From NCBI GenBank assembly GCA_003009755.1, contig PXUB01000037.1, positions 850 to 64,849 on the forward strand: 64,000 nucleotides of DNA, in the 5' to 3' direction. Below the pieces are notes generated by a model. The model was given only the letters and a program-made list of their open reading frames with translations. It did not search any database and had not been told where the DNA came from. This document shows positions 51,848 to 61,111 of the stretch, piece after piece. The DNA comes from Thermoplasmatales archaeon SW_10_69_26. GTDB lineage: Archaea; Thermoplasmatota; SW-10-69-26. Made by a program: the position numbers and the translations under genes. Each line of letters begins with the position of its first letter. Position 1 is the first letter of the stretch.

Positions 51848-52471
51848 GTGTCGGAACACGGCAGCGGTCTCGACGCGGAGCTGTTCACCGACCCGTCCGC
51901 GTTCGTGTCGGCCTTCGGTGGGGAGATCGTGGAGCTGCTCGTCCTGATGGGCGGCATCCTCGCGTACACGTTGATCGTCAACGAGTTCTACCACCGCCTC
52001 GACAAGCGGGTCATGTTCAGCAGGCGGGACGAGCAGGGCAACGTGGAGTCCGGGTTCGCGGGTTGGCTGAGCTACGTCTTGCTCTTCCCGCTCGTCTCGT
52101 TCGCCTTCTTCGTCCTGCTGAGCCTGGCCTTGTTGTTCCTCTCGGAGCAGGGCCAGGATCCCATGGAGATCTACACGCTCTCGATGGCAATCTTGGGCGC
52201 CGTCCGCGTGGCTGCCTACTTCAACGAGGAGGCAAGCCACGACCTCGCCAAGCTGCTCCCGTTGGGCCTGTTGGGCGTCTTCCTCGTCCGCTTCGAGTTC
52301 GTCGGGCTGGTCGCCGCCTTCCGCCAGCTGAGCCAGGCCCTCGAGAACCTCGACGTCCTGCTGGCCTTCTTCGTCGTCGTCCTCGTCCTCGAGTACTCGC
52401 TGCGCTTCCTTCGGGCCATCGTGGTCGCGATCCGCGGCGAGAAGACACCCGAGGACGCCGAGGGCGAGTGA
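51848..52471 (+). CDS. Hypothetical membrane protein
   Basis: About five TM helices and an AY.NE..S.DLAKLLP motif. Confidence 0.75.
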   Translation: MSEHGSGLDAELFTDPSAFVSAFGGEIVELLVLMGGILAYTLIVNEFYHRLDKRVMFSRRDEQGNVESGFAGWLSYVLLFPLVSFAFFVLLSLALLFLSEQGQDPMEIYTLSMAILGAVRVAAYFNEEASHDLAKLLPLGLLGVFLVRFEFVGLVAAFRQLSQALENLDVLLAFFVVVLVLEYSLRFLRAIVVAIRGEKTPEDAEGE

Positions 52472-52645
52472 GCCCGCGAGGAGCCGGCGGGCTGGGGTGC
52501 CAGCAGCGAGGCCGTCGAACCCGGGGATCCCTGCATGCGAGGGTTGCGCCAAGCGAGGCTTGGCCGTACGCGGCCGACGTGCAACGGCATCCCATCGGAC
52601 AATCATTTATGGGGTGACTTTCATCGCGGGCTGCCTGGCGATCCG

Positions 52646-52813
52646 ATGCAGCACATTGACACCTGCTCGTCCTGCGGCGTCCGACTGCTCGACCGAGGTA
52701 GCGCGGAGTTCCCGTGCCCCAGTTGCGGTGAACAACACCTCGGCCGATGCCCCCAGTGCCGGGATCAGGGCGTCGGGTACGAGTGCTCAGCGTGCGGTTT
52801 CGCGGGCCCTTGA
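52646..52813 (+). CDS. Small zinc-finger protein (HVO_2753/DUF1610-like)
   Basis: CSSC...F.CPSCG....RC..CR.....Y.C..CGF.GP, in its usual position upstream of aEF-1beta. Confidence 0.88.
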   Translation: MQHIDTCSSCGVRLLDRGSAEFPCPSCGEQHLGRCPQCRDQGVGYECSACGFAGP

Positions 52814-52824
52814 GGTGAGCCACG

Positions 52825-53094
52825 ATGGGTGATCTCGTCGCCGTGTTCAAGGTCATGCCCGCGTCCCCCGAGACGGATCTGGACGCGATCGAAGACTCGG
52901 TCCGCTCGCTCGTCCCCGCCGACGTCGAGCTCGAACAGACGGAAACCGAAGCCGTCGCGTTCGGCCTCGAGGCGCTGATGACCACCGTCAGCATGCCGGA
53001 CAGCGACGAGATCAGCGCCGACGACATGGAACAGGACTTCGCCAAGATCGACGGCGTCGAGTCCGTCGAGTGCACCGACGTCGGCCGGCTTTGA
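52825..53094 (+). CDS. ef1b: Archaeal elongation factor 1-beta
   Basis: MG......KVMP.SPE.DL and E.VAFGL.AL motifs, with a GAGGTGA Shine-Dalgarno. Confidence 0.93.
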   Translation: MGDLVAVFKVMPASPETDLDAIEDSVRSLVPADVELEQTETEAVAFGLEALMTTVSMPDSDEISADDMEQDFAKIDGVESVECTDVGRL

Positions 53095-53227
53095 CGGGAT
53101 TCTCAGCAACGTTCGCGGCTCCCCCAGCGATGGCTACCGACACCAAGCACGTGCTACCCTCGGCGTCGTTCTCGGCTTCGACACGCTTTTAGGGTAGGGT
53201 TGTCGTCTCCCCGCCGGGTTGAAACGA

Positions 53228-54634
53228 ATGTTGCAGGGGAAGGGTTCGTTCGCGATCATCGCAGGTCTCTTGATGCTCACTGCCGGTCTCGCCGGCTGCG
53301 CTCAGCAGCCCGCCGACGGTGAGGCGTCGACGACAAGCGCCTGCCTCGAGGATGGAGAGGGTAGCATGGAAGACACGGGAGACGGGGAGGCAGACTCCAT
53401 CGAGACGGAGGCCTCCACCCCGATCGAACAACGGCTGAGCCCGATGCCCTCGGCTCAACAGGGCGAGAGCGAGCCGATCACGATCGGTACGTTGCTCCCG
53501 CTCACCGGCGAGCTCAAGCAGTTCGGTCCCGACATGCAGCGCGCCGTCGAGCTGGCCGCCGAGGACATCAACAACGCGGGCATCCTGTCGCAGGAGATCG
53601 AGATCGCGCAGGGTGACTCGCAGACGGACGACGCGCAGGCGCCCCAGGAGCTGAACCGGCTCATCAACCAGGAGGACATCGTCGGGTTCGTCGGCGCGGC
53701 GTCCAGCGGGGTCAGCGGCAGCGTGATCGAGCAGGCCGTCAGCAACGAGATCGCGATGGTCACGCCCGCCTCCACGTCGCCGGCCCTCACCGAGCGCCAG
53801 AACGACGGGTTCTTCTTCCGCGTCGTGCCCAACGACATGATGCAAGGCCAGGTCATGGCGCAGACCCTGGAGGAGGACGGCGTCGAGAGCGTCTCGACCC
53901 TGTACGTGAACAACGACTACGGCCAGGGCTTCAACGACGTGCTCGTCGACGAGTTCAACGGCTCGGTCGTGAACGAGGTCGGGTTCGACAACGACGAGAC
54001 GCAGTTCTCCAGCCAGGTAACCCAGGTCTCCAGTGACGATCCCGACGCGACCGTCGTCGTGGCCTATCCCGGCAACGCCGTCCCGATCATGGACGAGGCG
54101 TTCAGCCAAGGCGTCACCTCCGAGCAGAAGTTCTACTTCAGCGAGGGCGTCTTCTCCGAGGACTTCCTCGGCGAGGTCGGCGAGGACGAGGAAGGCAACC
54201 ACGTGATCGCCGGCTGCATGGGGACCACCCCGCAGATCCTGCTGGACCCCGGCCCCCAGTCCTTCCAGGAGCGGTTCAACGAGACCTACGACCACCGACC
54301 GGGCCTCTTCGCGGCGCAAAGCTACGACGCGACGGTCGCGATGGCGCTCGGCATCGCCTACTCCGACAGCGCCGATCCCAGCGAGTTCAAGCAAGGCATG
54401 CGCGAGGTCTGGAACGCACCCGGGCAGGAGACCTCGAACGTGACCGAGGCCCTCACGCTGGCCGAGACCGGACAGGACATCGACTGGGAGGGCCCCTCCG
54501 GTGCCTTCGATTGGAACGAGGACAACGAACCGATCCGCGGCCTGTACGGGGTCTGGAAAGTCACCGAGGACGGCGGCTTCGAGATCGTGCGCGACAACAT
54601 CGAAGCCTCGATGGACGGCGGCAGCGGCAACTGA
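53228..54634 (+). CDS. Branched-chain amino acid ABC substrate-binding lipoprotein (LivK-like)
   Basis: LAGC lipobox, IG.LLPLTG.L, GAASSGVS, PASTSP, NNDYGQG and YDA motifs. Confidence 0.9.
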   Translation: MLQGKGSFAIIAGLLMLTAGLAGCAQQPADGEASTTSACLEDGEGSMEDTGDGEADSIETEASTPIEQRLSPMPSAQQGESEPITIGTLLPLTGELKQFGPDMQRAVELAAEDINNAGILSQEIEIAQGDSQTDDAQAPQELNRLINQEDIVGFVGAASSGVSGSVIEQAVSNEIAMVTPASTSPALTERQNDGFFFRVVPNDMMQGQVMAQTLEEDGVESVSTLYVNNDYGQGFNDVLVDEFNGSVVNEVGFDNDETQFSSQVTQVSSDDPDATVVVAYPGNAVPIMDEAFSQGVTSEQKFYFSEGVFSEDFLGEVGEDEEGNHVIAGCMGTTPQILLDPGPQSFQERFNETYDHRPGLFAAQSYDATVAMALGIAYSDSADPSEFKQGMREVWNAPGQETSNVTEALTLAETGQDIDWEGPSGAFDWNEDNEPIRGLYGVWKVTEDGGFEIVRDNIEASMDGGSGN

Positions 54635-54657
54635 CGAGACCGGCTCGTCCGCCGGCC

Positions 54658-54680
54658 CTCTCTTTTCTCTTCTCTTCTCG
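54658..54680 (+). terminator. Pyrimidine-rich terminator-like tract
   Basis: ctctcttttctcttctcttctc after the stop at 54634. Confidence 0.45.
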
Positions 54681-54703
54681 CTCGACGGCCAGCCGCGGGT
54701 GCT

Positions 54704-55447
54704 TCATCCGCCCAGGTACAGGCGGCCGATCTCGGGGTCGTCGAGGATCTTGGGACCGGGGCCTTCGTAGCGCTCGGCTCCCTCGTCGAGCACGTAGGCC
54801 CAGTCGGCGATCTGCAGCGCCTGGCGGGCGTTTTGCTCGACCAGCATCACGCTCGTCCCCGCCTGGCGAACCCGGTCGACGTGGCCCAACACCTGGTCGA
54901 CGAGGCTCGGTTGCAGACCCGCCGAGGGCTCGTCGAGCAACAGGACGTCCGGGTCCGTCATGAGCGCGCGCCCGAAGGCCAGCATCTGGCGCTGCCCGCC
55001 GGACAGCGAGCTGGCCTTGGCCCCGCGTTTGCCCTCCAGCGCTGGGAAGATCTCCTCGACGTGATCACGGCGTTCCTCGAAGCGGTCGGGGTTGATGTAG
55101 GCCCCCATCTCGAGGTTCTCCCTCACGGTCAACCGTGGGAACACGTTCTCGGTCTGCGGGACGTAGGCCATCCCGGCCAGCACCCGGTCGCGGGGCGACA
55201 GGGCCGTGATGTCCTGCTGGTTGAGCTCGATCGTGCCCTCCCAGGCGTCGATGAGGCCGAAGATCGCCTTCAACAGCGTGCTCTTGCCGGCGCCGTTGGG
55301 GCCGATGACGACGACGAGCTCGCCCTCCCCCAGGTCCACCGAGGCGCCGGTGCAGATCTCGGCGTCGGTGTAGCCGGAGACGACGTCCACGGTCGACAAG
55401 ACCGGGCGCGGGCGCTCGTCGGGGTCCCCGGCGACGACCTCGCTCAC
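54704..55447 (-). CDS. livF: Branched-chain amino acid ABC ATP-binding protein
   Basis: GPNGAGKST, LSGGQRQML, DEPSAGL, VEQNA and YLGG motifs. Confidence 0.9.
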   Translation of the reverse strand: MSEVVAGDPDERPRPVLSTVDVVSGYTDAEICTGASVDLGEGELVVVIGPNGAGKSTLLKAIFGLIDAWEGTIELNQQDITALSPRDRVLAGMAYVPQTENVFPRLTVRENLEMGAYINPDRFEERRDHVEEIFPALEGKRGAKASSLSGGQRQMLAFGRALMTDPDVLLLDEPSAGLQPSLVDQVLGHVDRVRQAGTSVMLVEQNARQALQIADWAYVLDEGAERYEGPGPKILDDPEIGRLYLGG

Positions 55448-56247
55448 GCCGAGGCGTCACCTCCTCGCTCGGTGGGAGCTTGGCCGCCGCCGAGGTAGGC
55501 CTCGAGCACGCGGGGATCCTCGAGCACCTCGGAGGGCGGGCCGTCGACGAGCACCTGGCCTTGCACCATGACGATGGCGCGCGGGCAGTGCGCTAACACG
55601 AAGTCCATGTCGTGCTCGACGACGCACAGCGTCATCCCGCGCTCGTGCAGTTCCTTGAGCCGGTCGATGATCTGCTCGCCCAGCGTCGGGTTGACGCCGG
55701 CCATCGGCTCGTCGAGCAGCAGGACCTCGGGGTCCAGCATGAGCGCGCGCCCGATCTCCAACAGCTTGCGCTGCCCGCCGGAGAGGTGCCCGGCCAGGGT
55801 GTCGTGTTTGTCGTCGAGACCGACGAAATCGAGGATCTCGTGGGCCTTCTCCTGCAGCTCGATCTCCCGGTTGCGGCTGCGAGGGGTGATGAAGAGGCCG
55901 TGGACGAACCCTTCGCCGGGGTGGTCGGGGCCGGCGACCATCGTGTTCTCGCGCACGGTCAGGCGGCGGAACGGGCGCGGGATCTGGAAGGTGCGGACCA
56001 GGCCGGCGCGGGCACGCTTGTTGGCCGACCAGGCCGTGACGTCGTCCTCGCGGTACATCACCGTGCCGCTGGTGGGGTCCAGCGATCCGGCCAGCAGGTT
56101 GAACATCGTCGTCTTGCCGGCCCCGTTGGGGCCGATCAGGCCGACGAACTCGCCCGCATCGAGCTCGAAGCTGGCGCCGTCGACGGCGTTGACGCCGCCG
56201 AAGTCCTTGTGCAGATCGCGGGCCTCGAGGACGGTGTCAGTCGACAA
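55444..56247 (-). CDS. livG: Branched-chain amino acid ABC ATP-binding protein
   Basis: FGGVNAVD, RTFQ, LSGGQRKLLE, DEPMAGVNP and VEHDM motifs. Confidence 0.9.
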   Translation of the reverse strand: MSTDTVLEARDLHKDFGGVNAVDGASFELDAGEFVGLIGPNGAGKTTMFNLLAGSLDPTSGTVMYREDDVTAWSANKRARAGLVRTFQIPRPFRRLTVRENTMVAGPDHPGEGFVHGLFITPRSRNREIELQEKAHEILDFVGLDDKHDTLAGHLSGGQRKLLEIGRALMLDPEVLLLDEPMAGVNPTLGEQIIDRLKELHERGMTLCVVEHDMDFVLAHCPRAIVMVQGQVLVDGPPSEVLEDPRVLEAYLGGGQAPTERGGDASA

Positions 56248-57646
56248 GCTCGAGCTCCTCCTTGTCGCCGAACAGCCCCTCCGGTTTGACCAGCATGAAC
56301 GCCACGAACATCAAGCCCAACACCATCGGCGAGATCGCGGCGATCTGGCTGCCGTCGAGGCCGTAGGTCGTCAGGAACCCCAGGCCTCGGGTCAGCGACC
56401 AGATCGTCCAGAAGAGGAACGCGCCCGCGATGGCGCCCTTGTTGTTGGCGACGCCGCCGATGACGATCATCATCCACGCCCAGAACGTTCGCAACGGTTC
56501 GAAGTGGCCGGGGACGACGAACGTCAGCTGCCAGGCCCACAACGCGCCGGCGGCAGCCGCCACGGCCGACCCGAGCGCGAACACCTGCAGCTTGTAGACC
56601 GTCGGGTTGACGCCGAGCGCGCGCACCGCGTCCTCGTCCTCCCGGATCGCCTCGACGACGCGGCCCCACGGGCTCTCGACCAGGCGCTCGACCAACACCA
56701 ACAGGACAGCCGTGATGGCGAGCGCGATGAAGAACAGCACCATCAGGTACGGTGAGCCGGTGAAATCGAGGAACGCGGCGAAGCTCTCGAGCCCGCTCAC
56801 GAGCTGACCGCCGAGGAGTGGGATCGTCTCCACCGCCTCGAGCACAGCCGGGCGCCGGCTGCTGTTCAGCGTGACGCCGTGGGCGCCGTGCGTGAGCTCT
56901 CCCTCGTTGAGCAGGACCCGGCGCAGGATCTCGGCGGCGGCGATCGTGACGATGGCCAGGTAGTCCTCGCGCAGACGGATCGCCGGCAACGCCAACAACA
57001 GGCCAGCGACGGCGGCCACGGCCATCGCGGCGAAGAAAGCCACGAACACGCCGAGCTGGGTGGCCCAGAAGCCGCCGAGCTCGGCCAGGAGCACGATCGT
57101 GTAGGCCCCCAGCGCCATGAACGCGACGTGGCCGAAGTTGATCAGGCCGCCGAACCCGTACTCGAGGTTCAGGCCGACGGCGAACACGGCGAACGTGAAC
57201 ACGGTGATGAGCGTGAACGCCAGCGACTGCCAGGGGATCTCGCCGGCCCAGTTGTTCCCGCCCAACAGCACGAGCGTGCCCAGCACGAGCGCGCCCAGCC
57301 GGATCCAGTTGTTCGCCTCGTAGTGATCCTCCAACCGCCAGCCGCCGACGAAGATCCCGACGGCGAGCGCGAAGATGACGGCGCCGGCCAGCCCGGTCTC
57401 GGCGATCCAGGCGTACAGGAACCCGGCGTCGAGGGCGAGCACGGCCAGCCACACCCACCGCACGCGGCCCGGGTCCTCGCGGGCCTCGAGCTGGGAGACC
57501 ACGAGCGTCACGATCGCCAGCCCGGCCAACGCGAGCGTGCCGGTGGAGACGCCCACCCAGGTGAGCAGCGCCAGCAGAGCGAAGGCCAGCAGGACGCCGG
57601 AGACGAGCAAGCGGTCCTGATCCTCGACGGCCTCGTGCCAGGTCAC
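56237..57646 (-). CDS. livM: Branched-chain amino acid ABC permease with N-terminal extension
   Basis: GLNL.YG..GL.NFGHVAF..LGAY, RLREDYLAIVT and SPWGR...AIREDE motifs. Confidence 0.88.
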   Translation of the reverse strand: MTWHEAVEDQDRLLVSGVLLAFALLALLTWVGVSTGTLALAGLAIVTLVVSQLEAREDPGRVRWVWLAVLALDAGFLYAWIAETGLAGAVIFALAVGIFVGGWRLEDHYEANNWIRLGALVLGTLVLLGGNNWAGEIPWQSLAFTLITVFTFAVFAVGLNLEYGFGGLINFGHVAFMALGAYTIVLLAELGGFWATQLGVFVAFFAAMAVAAVAGLLLALPAIRLREDYLAIVTIAAAEILRRVLLNEGELTHGAHGVTLNSSRRPAVLEAVETIPLLGGQLVSGLESFAAFLDFTGSPYLMVLFFIALAITAVLLVLVERLVESPWGRVVEAIREDEDAVRALGVNPTVYKLQVFALGSAVAAAAGALWAWQLTFVVPGHFEPLRTFWAWMMIVIGGVANNKGAIAGAFLFWTIWSLTRGLGFLTTYGLDGSQIAAISPMVLGLMFVAFMLVKPEGLFGDKEELELVD

Positions 57647-59079
57647 GTCCGCTCGACCCCCATGATGCCCTGCGGACGGATGATCAAGGTGACGATCAAG
57701 ATCAAGAACCCGGTCGCGACGCTGTAGCTGGTGTCGAGGCCGGCGACGCTCAACCAGTGCACGGAGAGGGCCTCGGCCATGCCGATCACGATGCCGCCCA
57801 GCAAGGCGCCGGGTACCGACCCGACGCCGCCCAAGATCACGACGGCGAACAGCGGCAACAGGGCTCGCCATCCCAGGTTGTTGTGCAAGGAGGTCTCCAT
57901 CGCCAACAGCGCGCCCGCCAGGCCGGCCAGGGCGCCGCCCAGCAGCCAGACGTACACGATGACGCGGTCGGTGTCGATGCCGGCCACGCGGGCCAGGTCG
58001 ACGTCGTCGGCGAGCGCGCGCATCGCCTTGCCGACGCGGGTGCCCTGCAGGACCCACGTCGTGGCGGCGATCGCGGCCGTGGACGTGCCCGCGATCCAGA
58101 CGTCCATGTCGGTGACCCGGATATCCCCGAGCCCGAGGATCGACAGCCAGTAGCGCACCGTCCAGTTCTGGCTGGAGGCGCCGCGGAAGAACACGTGCAC
58201 CTTCTCGCCGAAGAGCAGCTGCAACGTGCTGCGGAGGGCGAAGGCGACGCCGATGCTGACGATCATCAACGTCAGCAGGTTGGCATCGCGGTCGCGCATC
58301 TTCGTCCACAGCACCCGGTCGAGCAGCACCGACAACAGGGCCACGGTGGCGGCGGCGATCACGAGCGAGGCGACGATCTCGGCCCACAGCGCCTCCACGG
58401 CGTAGTTGGCGCCCACGGCCGCCGCGACGACCAGGCTCATGGCGGCCACCGCCCACCGGTCGGCGTCCTGCATCGGGTCGCTTCGCAGACGGTCCCAGGC
58501 GGCCAAGCCGAACGCGAGCACGCCGACAGCCACCCATCGACCGGCCGGCACGAGGAACCAGCTGGCGAACGCCACCGCCGCCGCGCCGACGAGCAGAGCT
58601 CGAGACCGCGAGCCTGCGAGGTGGGAGGACATCCAGTCCCAGGCCAGGAAGCTGACGAGGGGCAACAGGAGGATCAGACCCATGTCCCAGGCCGCGATCC
58701 CGAACGCCGGCGTCGCGACGAGCCAGGCGAAGTACCCGCCCGTCGTCAGGAAGTCCCCGTGCGCGAAGTTCACCAGGTTCAGGATCCCGTACACCAGGGA
58801 CAACCCGACGGCGCCGATCGCGAAGATGCCCGAGCGCACCACGCCGTTGAGGAACATCTGCTCGGGCGGGGTCTCGAACACGAGCAGGACCGCGAAGCCG
58901 GCCACGAGCGGGCCGAGGATGGAGATCTCGCCGCCAGCCTCCCAGTGCCGGTCGGCCCACCAACAGGCGCCCACGATCGCGAGGGTGAGGCCCCAAGCGA
59001 TCCAGGAGAACGACGTGGTGAACGCCAGCACCGTGGCTAGGCTGGCCAAGACGAGCCCCCACACGTCCCGCTCGCGCAT
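57643..59079 (-). CDS. livH: Branched-chain amino acid ABC permease with extra helices
   Basis: GLSLVYG...LVNFAHGD, GKAMRA.ADD..LA...GI, ILGG.GS and RPQGIMG motifs. Confidence 0.88.
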   Translation of the reverse strand: MRERDVWGLVLASLATVLAFTTSFSWIAWGLTLAIVGACWWADRHWEAGGEISILGPLVAGFAVLLVFETPPEQMFLNGVVRSGIFAIGAVGLSLVYGILNLVNFAHGDFLTTGGYFAWLVATPAFGIAAWDMGLILLLPLVSFLAWDWMSSHLAGSRSRALLVGAAAVAFASWFLVPAGRWVAVGVLAFGLAAWDRLRSDPMQDADRWAVAAMSLVVAAAVGANYAVEALWAEIVASLVIAAATVALLSVLLDRVLWTKMRDRDANLLTLMIVSIGVAFALRSTLQLLFGEKVHVFFRGASSQNWTVRYWLSILGLGDIRVTDMDVWIAGTSTAAIAATTWVLQGTRVGKAMRALADDVDLARVAGIDTDRVIVYVWLLGGALAGLAGALLAMETSLHNNLGWRALLPLFAVVILGGVGSVPGALLGGIVIGMAEALSVHWLSVAGLDTSYSVATGFLILIVTLIIRPQGIMGVERT

Positions 59080-59131
59080 CGGCCACGCCAGCGGGGGCCA
59101 GCCTATTTAGTCCACGGTCCGTGGTCGGCGC

Positions 59132-60187
59132 GTGGACGCAGCCCGCCTCGCCGAGCGGTTGACGGCCGAGCAGGACGCCCAGCACGCGTTGACGGCCGCC
59201 GCGGACGCGCTGAGGGAGGCCGGCCTCGCGGTCGACCGGGACGAGGAGCACCAAGCGATCGCTGCGGTTCGCGGCTCGCCCGGCGCCGTGCTCAGCGGCC
59301 ACGTCGACGTGGTGCCGGTCAGCGACGAGTGGAGCCGCCCCGCCTTCGGCAACGCGTTCGACGACGACCGGTTGTACGCCCGCGGGGCCAGCGACATGCG
59401 CGGCCCGGTGGCGGCGATGATCGCGGCCCTGGATCGCACCGAGGCACCCGTCGGCGTCGTGCTCACGACCGACGAGGAGACCACGATGGACACCGCGCGG
59501 GCCTACGCCGAGCACGACCGGTTCGCCGACGCCGACGTCGTGCTCGTCGGGGAACCGACCGGGATGGACGTCGCCGTCGCCGGCAACGGCCTGGTGTGGG
59601 TGCGCGTCGACGCCGACGGGGCTCGCGGGCACGCTTCCACGCCTCGACCCCAGGCCCGGGGGCCCTCGGCGCCCGAGCGCTTGATCGAGGCGCTGGCCGG
59701 CCTCGACCCGCGGCCCTTCCGCGTGGAGCATCCCCGCTTGGGGAAGGCGACCTTGGCGGTGTCCGGCATCGAGAGCGAGGCGACCCCGTTCAACGTGCTC
59801 GCCGGCGAGGCCGAGGCCCGCATCGATATCCGGTTCCCGCCGCCCAAGACGCCCGACGAGGTGGAGGCCTCGCTGCGCAGCCGGCTGGACCTCCCTCGGG
59901 AGGGGCTAAAGCTGTCCGTCGAGAAGCGGGAGCCGGCGTTCCTCGGCGACGAGGGCCAGGGCAAGCGAGCCGCGGATGCGTTGAGCCTGGCGGGCGTGGA
60001 TGCGTCCGTGACGGGCGTGGGCTACGTCACCGAAGCCGGCCACTGGCAACGCGTCACCGACACGCTCGTCGTCGGGCCGGGCTCGATCGATCGAGCCCAC
60101 GCGCCCGACGAGTACATCACGCGGGACGAGCTGACGACGGCCGTCGACGGGTACGCCGCCCTGATCGAGGCCTTCGCTCCCGTTTAG
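59132..60187 (+). CDS. M20 family metallopeptidase/deacylase (ArgE/DapE-like)
   Basis: GHVDVVP, ARGASDMRG, DEE, GEPT, GHAS and GPG....AH.PDE motifs. Confidence 0.92.
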   Translation: MDAARLAERLTAEQDAQHALTAAADALREAGLAVDRDEEHQAIAAVRGSPGAVLSGHVDVVPVSDEWSRPAFGNAFDDDRLYARGASDMRGPVAAMIAALDRTEAPVGVVLTTDEETTMDTARAYAEHDRFADADVVLVGEPTGMDVAVAGNGLVWVRVDADGARGHASTPRPQARGPSAPERLIEALAGLDPRPFRVEHPRLGKATLAVSGIESEATPFNVLAGEAEARIDIRFPPPKTPDEVEASLRSRLDLPREGLKLSVEKREPAFLGDEGQGKRAADALSLAGVDASVTGVGYVTEAGHWQRVTDTLVVGPGSIDRAHAPDEYITRDELTTAVDGYAALIEAFAPV

Positions 60188-60761
60188 ACTGCCGGTCTTG
60201 TTTTGCTTAGGCTCTCGCGCCGGTCTGGGGAGACCGGGGACGGTCTCCCGAGCCTGCGAGCCCGGAGGGCTCGTGCGAGGGAGCGTGGCACGGTCGCGGA
60301 GCCCGAGGAAACCAACCCTCGCGGGTTGTCGACGGACACTGCCCGGATCAGAGATCCGGGCGCGGCTAAGATCGCCCGGACGAGCGAGATCTCACGGGGG
60401 CCGACAACGGCCGAGCACCGGTCGGCGTGGCCGACCGGTCTCGGCTGCGCATCTTCGATTCGTAGAGCAAGGGGCCCGCCGCAGACCGGCGCACCAGAGC
60501 ATTTCCGGTCCCACGGTCTCCCCCTACGAGCGGTTGGCCAGGAAATGTTCACCAAATCGAGGGGGAGCGGTCTCCGTAACCCCCCTCACGGCGGGGCCGC
60601 CCGCAGGCGGCGACGACGCAAGGTCCCCACGTCCGCTTGCTGCAAGCGTTGTCGCCGTCGACCTCGACGTAGCCTCTGGCTACTCCTTCGTCTCGGCTCC
60701 GCGCTTTCACCGCCTGAGGCCGAGCGAGAGCCGAACCCAAGCATCGCCGGCAGTCTAGGCG
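60181..60761 (+). ncRNA. Candidate ~580-nt structured non-coding element (ncRNA or MITE)
   Basis: The ends pair (60181-60195 with 60747-60761; 60210-60218 with 60724-60732). At least eight internal hairpins are present, G-U pairs favour the + strand, and there is no credible ORF. Confidence 0.5.
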
Positions 60762-60762
60762 C

Positions 60763-60996
60763 TCAACTGGGGACGTCGACGGTCTCCGCGAGCCGTCCGT
60801 CGGGTTCGTGCACCTTGATCGTGGTCGCCGACCCTCGCCGCGCCAGGTCCCGCGCTTCATCTAGGGCGGCGAACTTCGAGTCGTGGCGGCTCTCGGCCGT
60901 GGGAGCACCTTCACGGAGCACCTTCCATCGCCCCCCGTCGTCCTCGGCCACGTGCAGCGTGTCCGGGTCCACCCGCCATGCCATCTTCGGCTCCAT
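60763..60996 (-). CDS. DUF2188 family small protein
   Basis: HV....G.W.V.REG....S.H..K..A...AR.LA......VH..DG pattern. Confidence 0.82.
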   Translation of the reverse strand: MEPKMAWRVDPDTLHVAEDDGGRWKVLREGAPTAESRHDSKFAALDEARDLARRGSATTIKVHEPDGRLAETVDVPS

Positions 60997-61111
60997 GTCA
61001 ACCCTTGACAGTGCTTCGAAGGTGGATAAACCTACCGCCGCCGGGGGCTCGCGCGACGTGGAAAGGTTCGTGCGGACACCTTTCCCCGCCGGCGTCCTCC
61101 CCATCTCCCCG

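Noticed and set aside
56237..59731. 1164-aa ORF as a single giant permease
   Set aside because: Only the part from GTG 57646 is LivM-like. The upstream part overlaps livH and the M20 gene in non-coding frames.
60290..60600. RNase P RNA (GAGGAAAC, GAGCAAG and GAAATG-like words)
   Set aside because: There is no P4-forming GAGGAAAGUCC/ACAGAA..GGCUUA pair and no matching P2 strands on either strand.
60203..61111. N-terminal extension of the first sulfotransferase
   Set aside because: The Arg/Ser-rich text overlaps the DUF2188 gene and the structured element. The family domain starts at ATG 61112.
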